The notes beneath the pieces were generated by a model, which saw nothing but the letters and a program-made list of their open reading frames with translations, was not told where the DNA came from and did no database searches. Made by a program: the position numbers and the translations under genes. DNA of 62,993 nt, counting the filler, from Reticulomyxa filosa (Eukaryota; Protista; Foraminifera), in NCBI GenBank assembly GCA_000512085.1. It is 9 parts of 9 records of this genome, joined end to end, with 100 filler letters (N's around TTAATTAATTAA, not from the genome) between each part and the next. Parts side by side here need not be neighbours in the genome. Positions count along the whole stretch, not along the records: positions 25,149 to 43,423 come from ASPP01005748.1; positions 43,524 to 44,711 come from ASPP01013279.1; positions 44,812 to 49,805 come from ASPP01022495.1; positions 49,906 to 50,975 come from ASPP01036530.1; positions 51,076 to 53,155 come from ASPP01009267.1; positions 53,256 to 60,451 come from ASPP01020332.1; 3 more parts are not named here. One strand, given 5' to 3'. Below, piece by piece: positions 40,601-54,079 of the stretch. Every line of letters starts with the position of its first letter. Position 1 is the stretch's first letter.

Positions 40601-41322
40601 ATTATTCAATCGTTTAAAAACTAGTTCACGTTCCATTTTTAATTGTCCGTTGGTCTTTTTGGTTTAAGGTCGCTTTAAAAACTAAAATTTTCATAAGAAA
40701 CAAATGTTAATTTGTCTTTTTTTAAATACTAATTCCATGTTTATGTAAAACTATCACCATTGGCTTGCTTTTTGCAAAGGAAAGCTCGACTTGTGAAAAG
40801 CAATAATAAGCACTGTTTGTCAATTTATTTTACGAAAATATTGTTCAAATGCGAGTTTACACGCCAGTATTAGAAAGTGTGAGTCACAATTTTTGTGCTC
40901 GACAAATATTTCAAAGTGAAGAATTAATTATGCGGCATAGGGTTTCACAAATAGTTGACGTACATGAAAATGTATTAAGCAGCTCTGGACGTAGAATCAA
41001 GACATGTGGAAAAAAAAAAGGGGGCAAGTCATGCCCGTCTCGTTATCATGTAAACAAAAGTTTCCAATTGAATTTGACAAAAAAGATAAACAATGAGGGA
41101 AAAAAAGAGGAGAAAAAAAAAAAAAATAGTATATTTTTGTAACAAGACTTACAATCAACAAAAAAAAAATTTGTTCTTTTGCCTTTTTTTTTTTCCTCCT
41201 CCCAATCTTACTCTTGACAAAAGGTATCTTTACACAGGACACTGAAGCCACCGAGAAGAAAAAAAGCCAAGTAATGTTATTTTTCACAACGACTTATCTG
41301 GCATGTTATCCGACGAATTGGG

Positions 41323-43400
41323 CTACTTTGTGTCAGCAAAATTTCCTTGAGACTCGATATTTGGAGTAATTGGTTCAATTTGAATTTGAATGCCAGTACC
41401 GATTGGAGGGGCATCATTGTCAGGCTCTGGAGGGATGGGTGTGGCAGCTGCGACGCCCTGAGCTTGTGTTGACGCCAAGATATTGTTGACCTCTCTCAAG
41501 TCAAAGATTTTGGGCAGCGGTATCAGCTTCGAGCTGTGATCAACACTGCCAGCAGCCAAGAAATCGCCGTACGGACTAAAGTCCAAGCATCTCACTTCGT
41601 CGAGGAAGTTGATGGATTTATGGAAGTGTTCGTCGATTAAGGGGACCATTTCGTTCACTTCCAGCTCGTTCATCGGCCCGGCTTCTTGTTCGGACGCTAG
41701 ATTTTGATGCGTGCGCACGGACTTTGGATTGCTCGCGTTGTTTGCGGCTTTGGCGCTCATGCTGCGATGGCGGTTCATCGAAAAGCCAGAACGATTGCTA
41801 AAGCTAGAACTTCGTTGAGAAAGCGATGAGCCACGACTGCGAGGAGACGTTTTTGACGTTTTGGCCCTTCATATCATGTCATAATCATATCATAATCATA
41901 TCATATCATATCATATCATATGATAACATCAACAAACAAAAAAGAATTATCAAAATGATAAGTTCACACATAACATATGTAGGATTTGTCCTCACTCAAC
42001 GAAGTAGCAATGATGTTATTATGAATTGTGATAGGCTTTTCATCAGGATGCTCCAAATATTGCAAGTAAATGCATTGATCTCTGCCGCCGCTGGCGACAA
42101 AGCGATTGGACCAATCGATAGCGACGCACAATACGTCGCTGCTGTGCCTTTCGCAGTGTTTGATCTGCTCTCCCGAGACCAAATCCCAGACGCGAACGCT
42201 GTAATCGCTGGAGCCGCTGATGATATACTTGCCCTCATGGTCGAAGCGCAAGCAATTGACGGCGGCGCTATGTCCGCGGAACACACGCAAAATGTCTTTG
42301 TTTTGAATATTGAACAGCTTAATTGTGCCGGCGTACAGACCAGCGGCAACGTATTTACCGTTTGGAGATATGTCCACACATAGCACATCTCCCAAACGGT
42401 CTCCTTCCATCACTTTCAATTTCCAATTTTCTTTTCGACTTGCAATGTCCCACGAATACACATACTTGCCTTGACACCATATCAAGGTCTTGCCGTCGGG
42501 AGAGTACTTTACCTCTTGCACCTGTGCATATGAAACAACAGACAAATATGTACATTTTTTTTTGTCAACTACATGCATTATCACGTGCAACGCAAAAATA
42601 AATACATACATATATATATAAACTTCGTTAGTACGATGTCTTTTTTTTCGACGCATAGTATCGCGGGTATATCGCTTTGGACAATGATCAAGCACAACGC
42701 CATTTCGCCAATTCCAAATCTCAACGCCTTGCCCGCCGACGGCCAAGGCTTCGCCATTGGGCGACCACGCCACGCAATTGATGTTGAAGCGATGGTCGAG
42801 CACTCGCTTTGCTTTCAGCATGTCCCCGACAATGTGCGTGATCAACACCGTTTGATCCCAGCTCCCGGTCGCGACAATGTCTTGAAATGGGTGGAACTTC
42901 ACTGACATGATCTCTCCGTGGTGTCTCCTCTTGAATTCCAAACGATACACAATGCGCCAGTTCCACCACAGTATCCATGGGATCTTTAACAGCACGATTA
43001 TCGCCACCACTGCTGCAATGAAGAATATACCATACTATTTGAACATATACATATAAAAAAAATATATATATATGTATATGTATATATTTTTTATTCAAAG
43101 TTGAACACACTGCAAACGCAAGTCGATTACCGGGAGATTGGTGTGTGGCTTCGCGTGATAGATTTGGGTGAAAAACAAATAGGCCTGCAACACCAGTTGA
43201 GGAAAGACCTCGAAGATGCATTCCACAACAGTGTACGCCAGGAGTTGTGGGTTTTCGTAATTGGGGCCGATAAACACGGACCACGTCTTCTTCAAAGCGA
43301 TCCATACCAAATAAAACGGCATAAACAGTGTGCCCACAAGAATTCCAATTTCCCACATTGAACAAACTGCAATATCACTTGCTTTGTCAATTCGAAAATC
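41323..43400 (-). CDS. XK-related-like multi-TM domain fused to WD40 repeats (5' partial)
   Basis: VVECIFEVFPQLVLQAYLFF resembles the XK-family motif LEAFLESAPQLxLQxY. A further TM helix runs directly into WD40 repeats (HHGEIMSVKFHP..ATGSWDQTV, GHSAAVNCLRFD..SGSSDYSVRVWD, VRCLDFSPYGDFLAAGSVDHS). Confidence 0.75.
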
Positions 43401-43525
43401 TAAGCATTACATTGATATATATANNNNNNNNNNNNNNNNNNNNNNNNNNNNNNNNNNNNNNNNNNNNTTAATTAATTAANNNNNNNNNNNNNNNNNNNNN
43501 NNNNNNNNNNNNNNNNNNNNNNNTT

Positions 43526-43834
43526 TCTCAAGCTTGTAATATTCATGATTCATTCAATGAAATTTGTAAGAAATATCCAATCAATGTTATTGACTCTGAT
43601 AAAGATGTTGCAAAACAAGTTATTCCAAAAGAGTATTTATGTCCATTATCAAATTTAATTATGGATGATCCTGTAATTGCTTTAAATAGAATAACATATG
43701 ATCGATCATCAATTATCAATCAATATCAAAATATTCCAAATTATTCTTCTTTATTGATTGATGGAAATTTGCGATTTTATGCTGATTATGGTTTGAGACA
43801 AAATATTCAAAAATTTTTGAAAAAGTCAAAATGA
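43526..43834 (+). CDS. U-box domain protein, C-terminal fragment
   Basis: Open frame from the contig start: VIPKEYLCPLSNLIMDDPVIALNRITYDRSSI...LRQNIQKFLKKSK*. Not listed in the ORF track. Confidence 0.85.
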   Translation, partial: SQACNIHDSFNEICKKYPINVIDSDKDVAKQVIPKEYLCPLSNLIMDDPVIALNRITYDRSSIINQYQNIPNYSSLLIDGNLRFYADYGLRQNIQKFLKKSK

Positions 43835-44811
43835 TGTTTTATCATTTGTGTGAAATTTTACTTTTTTAAAAAGATTTATAACAAATCATTTTAAGTACAT
43901 TTTAAATTTTGTCTTGGATTGAATAAATATGGTGTCATCACAAATACAATCACTTTTTCATGTGTTCTAGTTGCTACTCAAAAAAAAGAATAAATAAATA
44001 GTTTATCAATTTAGACAACAGAGCTGAATATTTGATAATTTAACTCAATTTATAAAAAACAAGTTATTCTTTTTTTTACTTTTTCTGAAATCTCCACAAT
44101 CAAATGAGATTATTTTTATAGTGAAGTCTATTTATCAAGATTTGTATGTACCAACACAGCAAGTCAAAAATAAATATCATTCAAAACCTGTTTGTAGAAA
44201 AATCTTCATTACTATAAAATCCTTTTCAATTAGTTTGCAAAAATATTTTTGAAAAATTTAATAATCTATTCCAGAGACTAAATTGTTTTGTACAAAATAA
44301 TAAAGTGGGTAACTGTCATTCTGAATTGACTTTGTTATGACTAATCAAGATAGCAAAGAAGAGGGAGTTAATTAATTGTGTAATCTTTACAATTGTTTGT
44401 TCATCTGAATTACAAAACAAAATATAAAATAGTGTGAAAAAAAATTAATAAAATGAATAAATTATCATTTGAAAAACTCGTTCACCGAACTAATAATTGT
44501 TTGGGATCAAACGCGTTCCAAAAAGTCAACAATTGGTTGATATGAAGAACAATACTATAAAGTGTGAAAGAAAAGGACGTCAAGAGTTCCAAACGATTGT
44601 TTGAACAAAAGATGAATTATAAAATTGTGTGCAATCCATCCCCAAAAATGACAAAAGTCGAGATTGATAAGTTTATGGACAAGTAAAAATCAATTTCAAA
44701 TTTCGCAAAAANNNNNNNNNNNNNNNNNNNNNNNNNNNNNNNNNNNNNNNNNNNNTTAATTAATTAANNNNNNNNNNNNNNNNNNNNNNNNNNNNNNNNN
44801 NNNNNNNNNNN

Positions 44812-47041
44812 GAAGCGACAACAAGGACACTTCCAAGATGGCCACGCAGGGTCATCTTTGTTGTTGGCAGGACTTTCCAAATAGAATCTCAATAAGCAAG
44901 ACTTACAATATTTTTTAGTGCAGGTTTTCATAGTATGCTTTATCATATACACATGTCCACATATGATTACGTCTCCCAATTTTTTCTTGTTTTTACACTG
45001 ATGACAACTTAACATATCTTTATGTGCCGGCTCTTCCAATATCATTCGATAGCCCGTTTCGCTGGTCCCTTTTACGTGAGATACCCCCATGGTGTGTTCA
45101 CACTCTGTCTTTTCATTCATGTCCCTCTCCACGACATATTTCGTATTCGTCTTGCGCCGTTTCTTTTTGGGAGGAGGTCCAATTCGGTTCATGTCCTCAT
45201 CCACGTTTATACCCATTCCCATGCTTATATTCATAGGCATATTCAAATCCATTATATTTATATTGGTATTGGTATTGATATTGGTATTGGTATTGGTATT
45301 GGTATTCGCATTGGCATTCATATTCATATTCGCATTTGTATGCGTGTTCATGCCCGATTCTAGGTTTAGTGTCATGTCCATGCTCGCATCCATGGCATCG
45401 CCACTCGTTGCGATAGTGTGCCCACCGCCATTAACGACGGGGAATGAATAGCTTCTGTCGCTGCCAAGTCCACTCGAATGCCCTCCAAAAGCACCCGAAG
45501 CCATTGTCGAAATGGTTGGAAGAAACCCACCATTGCCATATGTACCATCCATGCTCACCAATTTTTGGTCTCTTTTTTTTTTTTGTTTTTCCCCCCCCCC
45601 CATTCCGTTGTGTATATGTGTACATACATATACAATACGATACAATATATACACAAGTATATATTGTATATTATTATATTGTATTTTGTATTGTTAAAAG
45701 ATCAAACTGAGATAAATCAATCGGTGCAAACATTTGCGTCCCCAGTCCTGCCATTCCGCCAAGCATGGAGGGCGGCAATACAGCGAATCCCCACGACATC
45801 TTGGGGAGATGTGTGCCATTGATGCTGCCGAGCTCACCGCCATGTTCGTCACTTGTCAGTATATTGCCTTTGCTGTCAACGCCGCCATTGCCTATGGACA
45901 AGTCGAAATCTATGCCGTTTCGGCATCCAAAAGGAATTGAAAAGGGTGCTACACATCAGTTTGGTTTTTTTTTTTTTTTTTTTTTTGATAATGCACTTAG
46001 CTCTTTCAATGTTTCATCATCCAAACTCAACTTTTTTCTCTAAAGTTTTTTTTTTTTTTTTTTTTTCCTCCCCTGCTCCTCTCCGTCCCCTTTTTCCAAA
46101 AAACAATTGATCCAATTGGACAAACGCAAGCAAAACAAACCAATAGTAGACGGGATCAGCAGATTGGGCTGCCAAAGAAAAGAGGTGTTATCAGTATTCG
46201 TATTTTCAGTTGTGTACATTGCTGTGTAGATATCATTGCTATGATTTTGTTGACTGTGGGCACTGTCACAACCATTGCCAACACTGTTATTATTATTATT
46301 GTTATTATTGTTATTATTGTTGTTGTTATGATTCGTAATTGTCGTAAGCGTGGCGGGATTGCCGTTGTTGCGACTATCGTCACATGTAAATTGATTTCGA
46401 CTCGCACGTGCCGATTTTGCAACACACGTCAAATCCTTTGGCGGCGATTGATTGACGCGCTCCTCTTTGGCAATGAGTGGATTGAAGGAAGAGGAACAAG
46501 GGGCTGGATTGACTTGTGGCTTATGCAAATGGCCGAGGTCACCGAGATAGCCAGCACTGTTCGCCAAAGCGATATCCAAACCAAGATTTGGCAAATGTAA
46601 AACTGATCTATCGTGGCCACTATTCGCACTCGTTATCGAATACACTGGATTATTGCCTTCATTGCTATTTGTGTGATTGTTACCATTATTATTATTATTA
46701 TTATTGCTATTGTCGTGGCTTTTGGAATTGACAATGGATTGGAAGGTTCCACTTGAACAGCTTTTGATCTCTTCTTCCATCCCGTTTTGTTGCGCACATT
46801 GCTGTTGAGACTCGAACATGGTCAACCGACCAATGTTCCCATTGTCGTTAATTCCATTCGCACTTGCATTTGTGAGTGTGTAGTAATGTGACAGGTCGAT
46901 TGGCGGGCGATGAAAATGATCTTCTCCCAAAGGATTGATCAAATTCAAATAGGAATGAGGCAGAATCTGATTTCGCAAATCAAAATAAATCCCTTTTTTT
47001 TTTTTCCCTTCCCTCCCCCCCCCCTTCTCTTCCTCCTTCAC
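44812..47041 (-). CDS. zf-4CXXC_R1 (CDCA7-type) zinc-finger protein with long N/M/G-rich low-complexity N-terminus (3' partial; start uncertain)
   Basis: SCHQCKNKK...ICGH...CTKKYCKSCLLRFYLE...WKCPCCR, preceded by NLS-like PPPKKKRRK. Upstream exons lie at 45674-45940 and 46150-46980. Confidence 0.75.
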
Positions 47042-48007
47042 CTTTCTTCTTCTTTCCTAAATTTTTGGAAAAAGCGGGGAATACATTGCTTTTCGCGAAA
47101 ACGCACTTTTAAAAAAAGAATTGTTCCCCCATCGGACTTTATCGATAATCAACAACAACAAAAAATCATTTGTATCAACACAGACAAGAAAAAAAAGGGG
47201 AAGCTGCAAACATCGACCTTTTCGTTCCCTCTTTTTGTAGTGTCTATTTTTTTTTTTAGAACTTTCCATTCTCTCGGTTTTATTGGTGTCTCACATTTAA
47301 TTTTTTAAAAAAATTGCATTTAAAGACACAAACTAAAACCACGTATCTAAAAAAAAAATGTTTCAAACAACAAAAAAATTTCTGGCCAACGAGGAAATTG
47401 CCTTTTCATACAGCAAACATAACTTTTTCCTTTGTTTTTTAAAGAATATTTCTCATGCACAAATCTGCAATTCAATTTCGATACTTGCAAAATAAAAAAA
47501 CCTTCAATAGCCCTTGTGAACATAGAAAAAGACCCCTTTAAAAAACGGACCTAGTTTACCGTTTTTCTTAATCAAAAAATTATACTCCTAACTTGTTGTT
47601 AGGTTTGGCAACAAAATACAACTTAATTGAAACGGATGTTGACTGATGATGAAAACATAAGAGTTACTGTGAACTAGGTCATAAGGATGTTTTATTTAGC
47701 ATCCAAAAAACTTTAAAAATTTTTAAATTACAAACACTGAATTAAGCCCAATATTTGTCCTCTTTTTTAAGTTTTTGAATGTATCTTCAATTAGTATTGA
47801 AAGAGTAGTAAGTTTGATAAAAACGAAATACTTGGATTCTTAGCAACGGAAAAAAGAACATCCATTTAGGATATTTTAAAGTTAAAACTGAAATATGTTG
47901 ATTAAATTGAATCGAAAACTCAATATCATGCTGACAAACATGTGAGATAAAAAAAAAGAAAAACTGAGCGACATTATAAAGTAGAGCTAGTCGCATTTAC
48001 GAAAACT

Positions 48008-48725
48008 CTATTCTAAATAAACGCTGAACAATGTTACTGTAATAAACATGGCTGCCTATTATTGTAATTATTACTGTTTATTACTTTTTTTTTTAAACAA
48101 TGATATTAAAAAATAAAACAAAACATTTTTCCATGACAATGAAATGTGATTGTCAAATCGATTGTCCCAGAGCCAACGACTGGCAATTATTAGCGAGTGA
48201 TCTTTGATTTGACCAACATACGTTTGAACAATAATCCGAAATCTAGAAACGTCTAGTTTTTGTTTTATAGTGGCTCTAATTTCTTCACTTATAACTTTGC
48301 TTAAATCTTTTGCTTTTTCGGGCGAGTATTCCAATAAGTGATTCAAATGCTTGTTCAAAACTTCTTGAATTATGCTTTGTGCCTGTATCCGTTGTTGTGA
48401 GTTTTTGCGTTGTTATAATGATTGAAAACAGTAGCAAATTGTCAACTTCGTGTGATTTGAAAAGGTTAATTGGCTCTATACGATACGTATTTTCCCAACA
48501 CTCTGTATAAGTCTGGCCATTTTGAGTCCCTCCTGTACTGTGCACAGATGCTTGCCGGTCTATAATCTTCGACTCCGTACGTCGCATGTTGCTTTTGCCA
48601 TCAATAGATGCTCCAGCCTTTGGCGGTAATTTTGAAGCTGATCCAGTTCCAGAGGCAACTGTCTTTTTTTCGATAGTTTCGTCCCCCTTCTTTGGGTTTT
48701 TCGTCCTGTTTTCGGGATTATTCAT
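48008..48725 (-). CDS. Tctex-1 family dynein light chain (TCTEX1D1/2-like)
   Basis: WENTYRIEP, EYSPEKAKDLSKVISEEIRATIK, RFRIIVQTYVGQ..IASRWLWDNRFDN and final exon AAMFITVTLFSVYLE*; two introns. Confidence 0.88.
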
Positions 48726-48928
48726 TTTTCTAGACTTATCATTACAAATTTTATATTTGACACCCTTCCTCATAATTTTTTTCGTGAACACTAGCTGTTG
48801 CTCGCAATTTTGAAAAATAAATGCAAACCTTCTATTATATTTTCCAAAAAACTGCCACAGAAAAAAAAGACAGTATGGACAAGGAACTTTTTTTTTTGCT
48901 AAAAGGTGAAGCTGTCAGATATATCAGC

Positions 48929-49805
48929 ATGAAATCTGTTTTATTATGCTTGTTTGGCGCTGCTCTGGTGGCAGGAAAATTTCATCCGTGTGCTAAAGAT
49001 CCATATGATCTGTTGGACGATGTAATTTTGCACGAAAGCCACCTGCCCCAAAATAAATATCCAGCAGACACTTTGCCATTGTCAATGGATTGGCGTTGGC
49101 AAAATGGAAGACGCTGGGTGACCTGGACAAGAAACCAGCATGCCCCGAACTGTATGTTTGCGATCTGACAAGGGGGGTGTGAGAGAGAGAATAATGTTGT
49201 TATGTTAATGATTTTTGATTGTTTCATTTGTTTGTCAATAAAATCTTAAACAGATTGTGGATCGTGCTGGGCCCAAGCGACAGCAAGTGCTCTTGCGGAT
49301 CGAATAATGATCCATAACGGTAACCAATTTCCAGAATGGGCCTTAGCTCCTCAGGTGCGAGTCTGAAATGCATATAAAAATGAAAAACATTAATCTTCTC
49401 TTTTTTCAAATGTTCCCCCCCCCTTTTTTTATAAATAAAACATGACTAAGCAAATTAACTTTGTTTGTTTTTCTTAATAAAAAAAAAAAATGTACGATTA
49501 AATGCAAATCCAAAGGTGCTCCTCAACTGTGACTTGTTAAGTGGCGAAATCCAAAAAAAAAAAAAAATTCTCGAACGTACACTTTTACATTTTTGTTTGC
49601 ATTTGCATACAAAATGGTTAGTGCCAATGACGGATGTCACGGAGGTAATGCCAACAAAGCATTGCATTTTATCATGGAACACGGACTTCCTGCAGAAACG
49701 TGCCAACCTTATGAGGCTACTGGCTGGGACACAGGTTTTTTTTTTGTTGGTTTCTTTGGAACCGAACTCCCCCCTTTTCCCCCCCCCCCCCTCTTTCCTA
49801 TTTCA
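48929..49805 (+). CDS. CTSZ: Cathepsin Z/X-like papain-family cysteine protease (3' partial)
   Basis: Signal peptide, short propeptide, LPLSMDWR, TRNQHAPNY-CGSCWAQ (cathepsin Z-type insertion before the active-site Cys), SALADRI, LAPQVLLNC, GCHGG and ETCQPYEA. Confidence 0.88.
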
Positions 49806-51075
49806 NNNNNNNNNNNNNNNNNNNNNNNNNNNNNNNNNNNNNNNNNNNNTTAATTAATTAANNNNNNNNNNNNNNNNNNNNNNNNNNNNNNNNNNNNNNN
49901 NNNNNAACGAAAATAGCAATGATAATGGAAACAGCAACGGAAACAGAAACATTAATGAAAACATCAAAGGTCAAGAAAAAATTTGCGTAAATACTAAATC
50001 AAAATATGTTAAGGTAATTTTCTTTTATTAATCTTTAATCTTAATCTTTTACTACATTGTTGTGTTTATATAAAGAAAAAAGGTAGAAAACGCAAATTAA
50101 AAAATATATTTGAAAATAAGCAAGACCAAAGATTATTTAAACCTGAATCGAATATATATATTATTGATGACTGATGCCATTGGAAAAAAGATTGGTGTTA
50201 TTGCACCGGTATATACTTAGAAAAAAAAATGATAGTTGAGTCAGTCAATTGAGTTTACTTTGATTTATATATATGTATATACAATTACATTATGTAAAAA
50301 ATAAAAAATATATAGATTATTAAAAGGAACAGTCGTCATTGGAGTGGACATTCAAAACATATTATAAAGAAATTATCGGATCAAATTAATAGCAAAGAAT
50401 TGGAAATACATAAGCAAAGCAATATTATTAAACAATTAGAGAAAAAATGTCAAAAGTATCTGGAGATTTGATTGAAGTAAAAAAAGTTTTTGGAATCGAA
50501 AATAATGCATGCATTTTGGAGGCAATATGCCATTACAATTGGGAACATTTGATTGAGAATGCTGTTATTCTTTTGAATGTAGTAAACAATCTAGTTAATA
50601 AAATTAAATTTATTGTTTGTGATTTAGAAAATTTTTTTGATTGGCCAATATATGTTATGATTATTCTTTTTTTTATATTTTTTTCGATATGTGCATATTG
50701 AAACGAAATGAATGTAAATATAACATATATATTATTGTTTTCATTTTTTTTTGTTAATTAATAATTAATTTGATATCAACATCAACTTGATTTAATTTGC
50801 AATATTAATATCATATTATTTGACTGTGTTTCATGCAAAGTATTTGTTGAATAAATAATTTGACAATTTTAATTGTCAAAATTATAAGTCGTCATAACAA
50901 GTTTTATACAGATCCTTAAAAACACTTTTCTTTAATAGATTTTACTGTCAGTAAAAGAACTCAGGATTCAGATAANNNNNNNNNNNNNNNNNNNNNNNNN
51001 NNNNNNNNNNNNNNNNNNNTTAATTAATTAANNNNNNNNNNNNNNNNNNNNNNNNNNNNNNNNNNNNNNNNNNNN

Positions 51076-51112
<37 letters not shown>

Positions 51113-51116
<4 letters not shown>

Positions 51117-52388
51117 ATAGAACTGGTACGATGATGTTATCCGAAGAATGCCATCTAGGCACAGTGCAACGATTGCTATCCTTTGAAAACGACAATTATG
51201 TGTTTTCCATCGGGATCGATGATGCATTTTGCTCGTTTCTGCCGCATACAAATCGAGTGGATCGGACAGAGGACAAAGACGAGATTCAATGGCAATGCTT
51301 CCGTGGACACTGCGCGCCCATTGTACAATTGTATCGCAATTCGTGGTGTGTGGTAAGTGATTATATCGTCGTGCAATTGTACAATGGCCAAGTCATGGTG
51401 TGGTGCGTGTCTACAGGACAATTGGAGAGAGCCTTGGACGATGCCGAGGGGATGCTCTTCATCCGAGATCAAATGTTGTCCATATGTCATCGCAGGCCCG
51501 ATTTGCCGCGTTTCTCCAAGCACTACTCGGAAGTGTATGATTTGAACCGACAGCCTTATTTGAACTGTAACATTTTGATGCTCGACATTGGTTTGTTGGG
51601 CAAGCAGCATTGTCGCAATTACCACCAAAAGCAGGGAGATGCTGTTCAAAACATGTTTGGTTGCAGCGATGTTGTGGATTTGGAGGATGACTTATTTGAT
51701 AATAACAATAATAATAATAATAATAGTAATAACAATAATAATAATAATGACAATAATGATAATACTTTCAATACTGAAAAGGAAATATCCCAATTAAGTG
51801 ACACATTGTCATTGCTCTTCGATTGGGGGGTAAGTCCAGAAATGGAACAATTGTTTCTGACGGGTTTTCGCTCGCTAATAACTGATATCTCTCCTTGCTA
51901 TGGCTTCTGCGGCGATTTCGACAGCATGACGTTGCTGTTTCCCATATCGTCGCATGCAGGGGGCAGATGGAAGATCCAGCCCAAAGTCACGGCCATCTAC
52001 ATGCTGGCGATTAACACCATTTGCATGTGGCTGCTGCAGCGTGCGCCGCAAGACAAGCTGTCCATTTGCTCGCAGCTGGTCACATACTACCACGTGCAGC
52101 TGCCTGACCAAATCCACGGATTCATTGAGCCATCACGAAACATCGTTGCCAGTTACTGCGTGAATAACATTGCCGAGATACGATCAGCGGCAAGGATGTT
52201 GTTGGAAGGCATTGTCACGAGAATGACTGATGACATGCGACAGGTGTTAATTCGAAAATGGAAATCAAAATTTTGCAAACGCGTGTCGGCGACCAATGCG
52301 TCCTCTTCGCAACTAAAGGAGACGATTCGTCCTCATAGAAGCGCTTCTCCATCGTTGACTGCACATCCTCATAATTCTTCTTCTTCAA

Positions 52389-52422
<34 letters not shown>

Positions 52423-53155
52423 GTCTTCTTCGTCATCATCATCATCAACAGCATCATCTTCATCGTCATCATCATCATCTTCGTCTTCGACAACATTTCA
52501 AAAGTCATTGTTTTCATTGCTTTCGCAACTCCAAGGAAACAAGTCCTCCTCCACGGCCAATCATGAGGATCACTATCGAAAGGAAGACGTACTGCACGAA
52601 CGTGAGACGCGTGCCCATGGCAGCGCCAATGGCAACGGCGTGAATGACTATGGCAATGGTGCTCACTACGACAACTACAATGAGCATGACAACGACAACG
52701 ACTATGACTACGATGACAAAAAAGACACGCCAAAACAATACTCTCACATAGGACCTCCTTCGGCTTCGCATTCGCCCTTGCCTTTGCTTCTCACCACGTC
52801 CATGTCCGAAACTTGCAGCGAAAAGAGGGACGTCATCGACGATGACGCACTTGTGAGCAGAAAGAGACATAGCGACTTTATCGTCAGCGCCGGCAAAGAT
52901 GGAGGGACGGCGGCCCCCCATCTCCGTGACCAGAACAAAACAGAGGAAGATGCTGATATCGACGCCGATGCCAATGGCGACGCTGCTATGATCAATCGAC
53001 ATGGCAAAACTCCACTGTCGGTTTTGTTGGGTGCCATTGTTATTTGCATTATCCATGAGCTGCGACGTAATATCATCGATGATGCTATTGCCACCAGTGT
53101 CGTCAATACTTTGGTCAATGTCTTGAAAGAAAAGGTTTGGTTTTGTTGTTTGTTT
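51113..53155 (+). CDS. WDR7: WDR7/WDR72 (rabconnectin-3 beta) homolog, internal fragment
   Basis: FRGHCAPI..DYIVVQLYNGQVMVWCVSTGQLER, LSLLFDWG, YGFCGDFDSMTLLFP and CSQLVTYYHVQLPD..FIEPS..EIRSAARMLL are collinear with WDR7; poly-N and poly-S inserts. Confidence 0.8.
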
Positions 53156-54079
53156 NNNNNNNNNNNNNNNNNNNNNNNNNNNNNNNNNNNNNNNNNNNNT
53201 TAATTAATTAANNNNNNNNNNNNNNNNNNNNNNNNNNNNNNNNNNNNNNNNNNNNCGGCCATGCCGAATTCCAACCAACATTTTCGTTGGAAACTTTCAA
53301 TGTGGTCAGTTCTGCAAAGATTCCACTTGCCATTGTATTAAAGTTTTACAATTTTTTGGCCTAATGTTTGCAACACATTGCACCAACAAAATGAATTCGC
53401 AACTTTTCATTTTATAAATGCGTCTTGTTAAGGCCAGCAACTTTCATAATTAAGGATACGAAATCTTCCTAAAAAATATTTTTCAAAAAATTGTTAAAAA
53501 AAGTAACAAGAGACATCACGAACAAAACATAGAATTTGATGGAATGTATGGCCTTAAAAACAAATCCTCATTGACTGCAAGGACATGTATCTTGAAGCCA
53601 CAACTTGTAGGAGCAAGTCTTTTTTTTATTCTCGCACACAAACGGAACAGTAAGAGAGTAATGATATTTTCTCTCTTCTGTGCTCAAACTCTGGGTGCTT
53701 CTAAATTTGTTTGTTTGAAGTTACTCACCTTTGTTACTGTCTTTCGATTTTTCGCGACGTGTCGCTTTGTGGTTTTTATTTAAATTCATCTTTTTAAAGG
53801 CAGTACAATGTATTCTTTTTTTATTCTTATTTTTTAATTCCAAAAGAAACTACAAAAAGTAACAACACTTTTTTTGTTTTCCCTTTTTTTATTTCGTTTT
53901 TAAAAAAAAACTACACTGGTGTTCATACTCTCGATAAGGAGTTGTTCGCCGTCAATTAAAAATTTTAACTATACTTGGCGACAAAAATATAAATGAGAAT
54001 TCGTGTTTAGAAGATTGTAAATGAATTTCGTGTATCACTTAATATAAACTAAAGGGGGTTGTCTGCGTGGTTAAAAAAA

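Noticed and set aside
49906-50975. Short contig with RKRKL motif as a possible transposase remnant
   Set aside because: No DDE or other catalytic motif is recognisable and there are many stops.
52215-52733. Poly-Met ORF on the minus strand
   Set aside because: Antisense reading of the (tca)n poly-Ser tract in WDR7.
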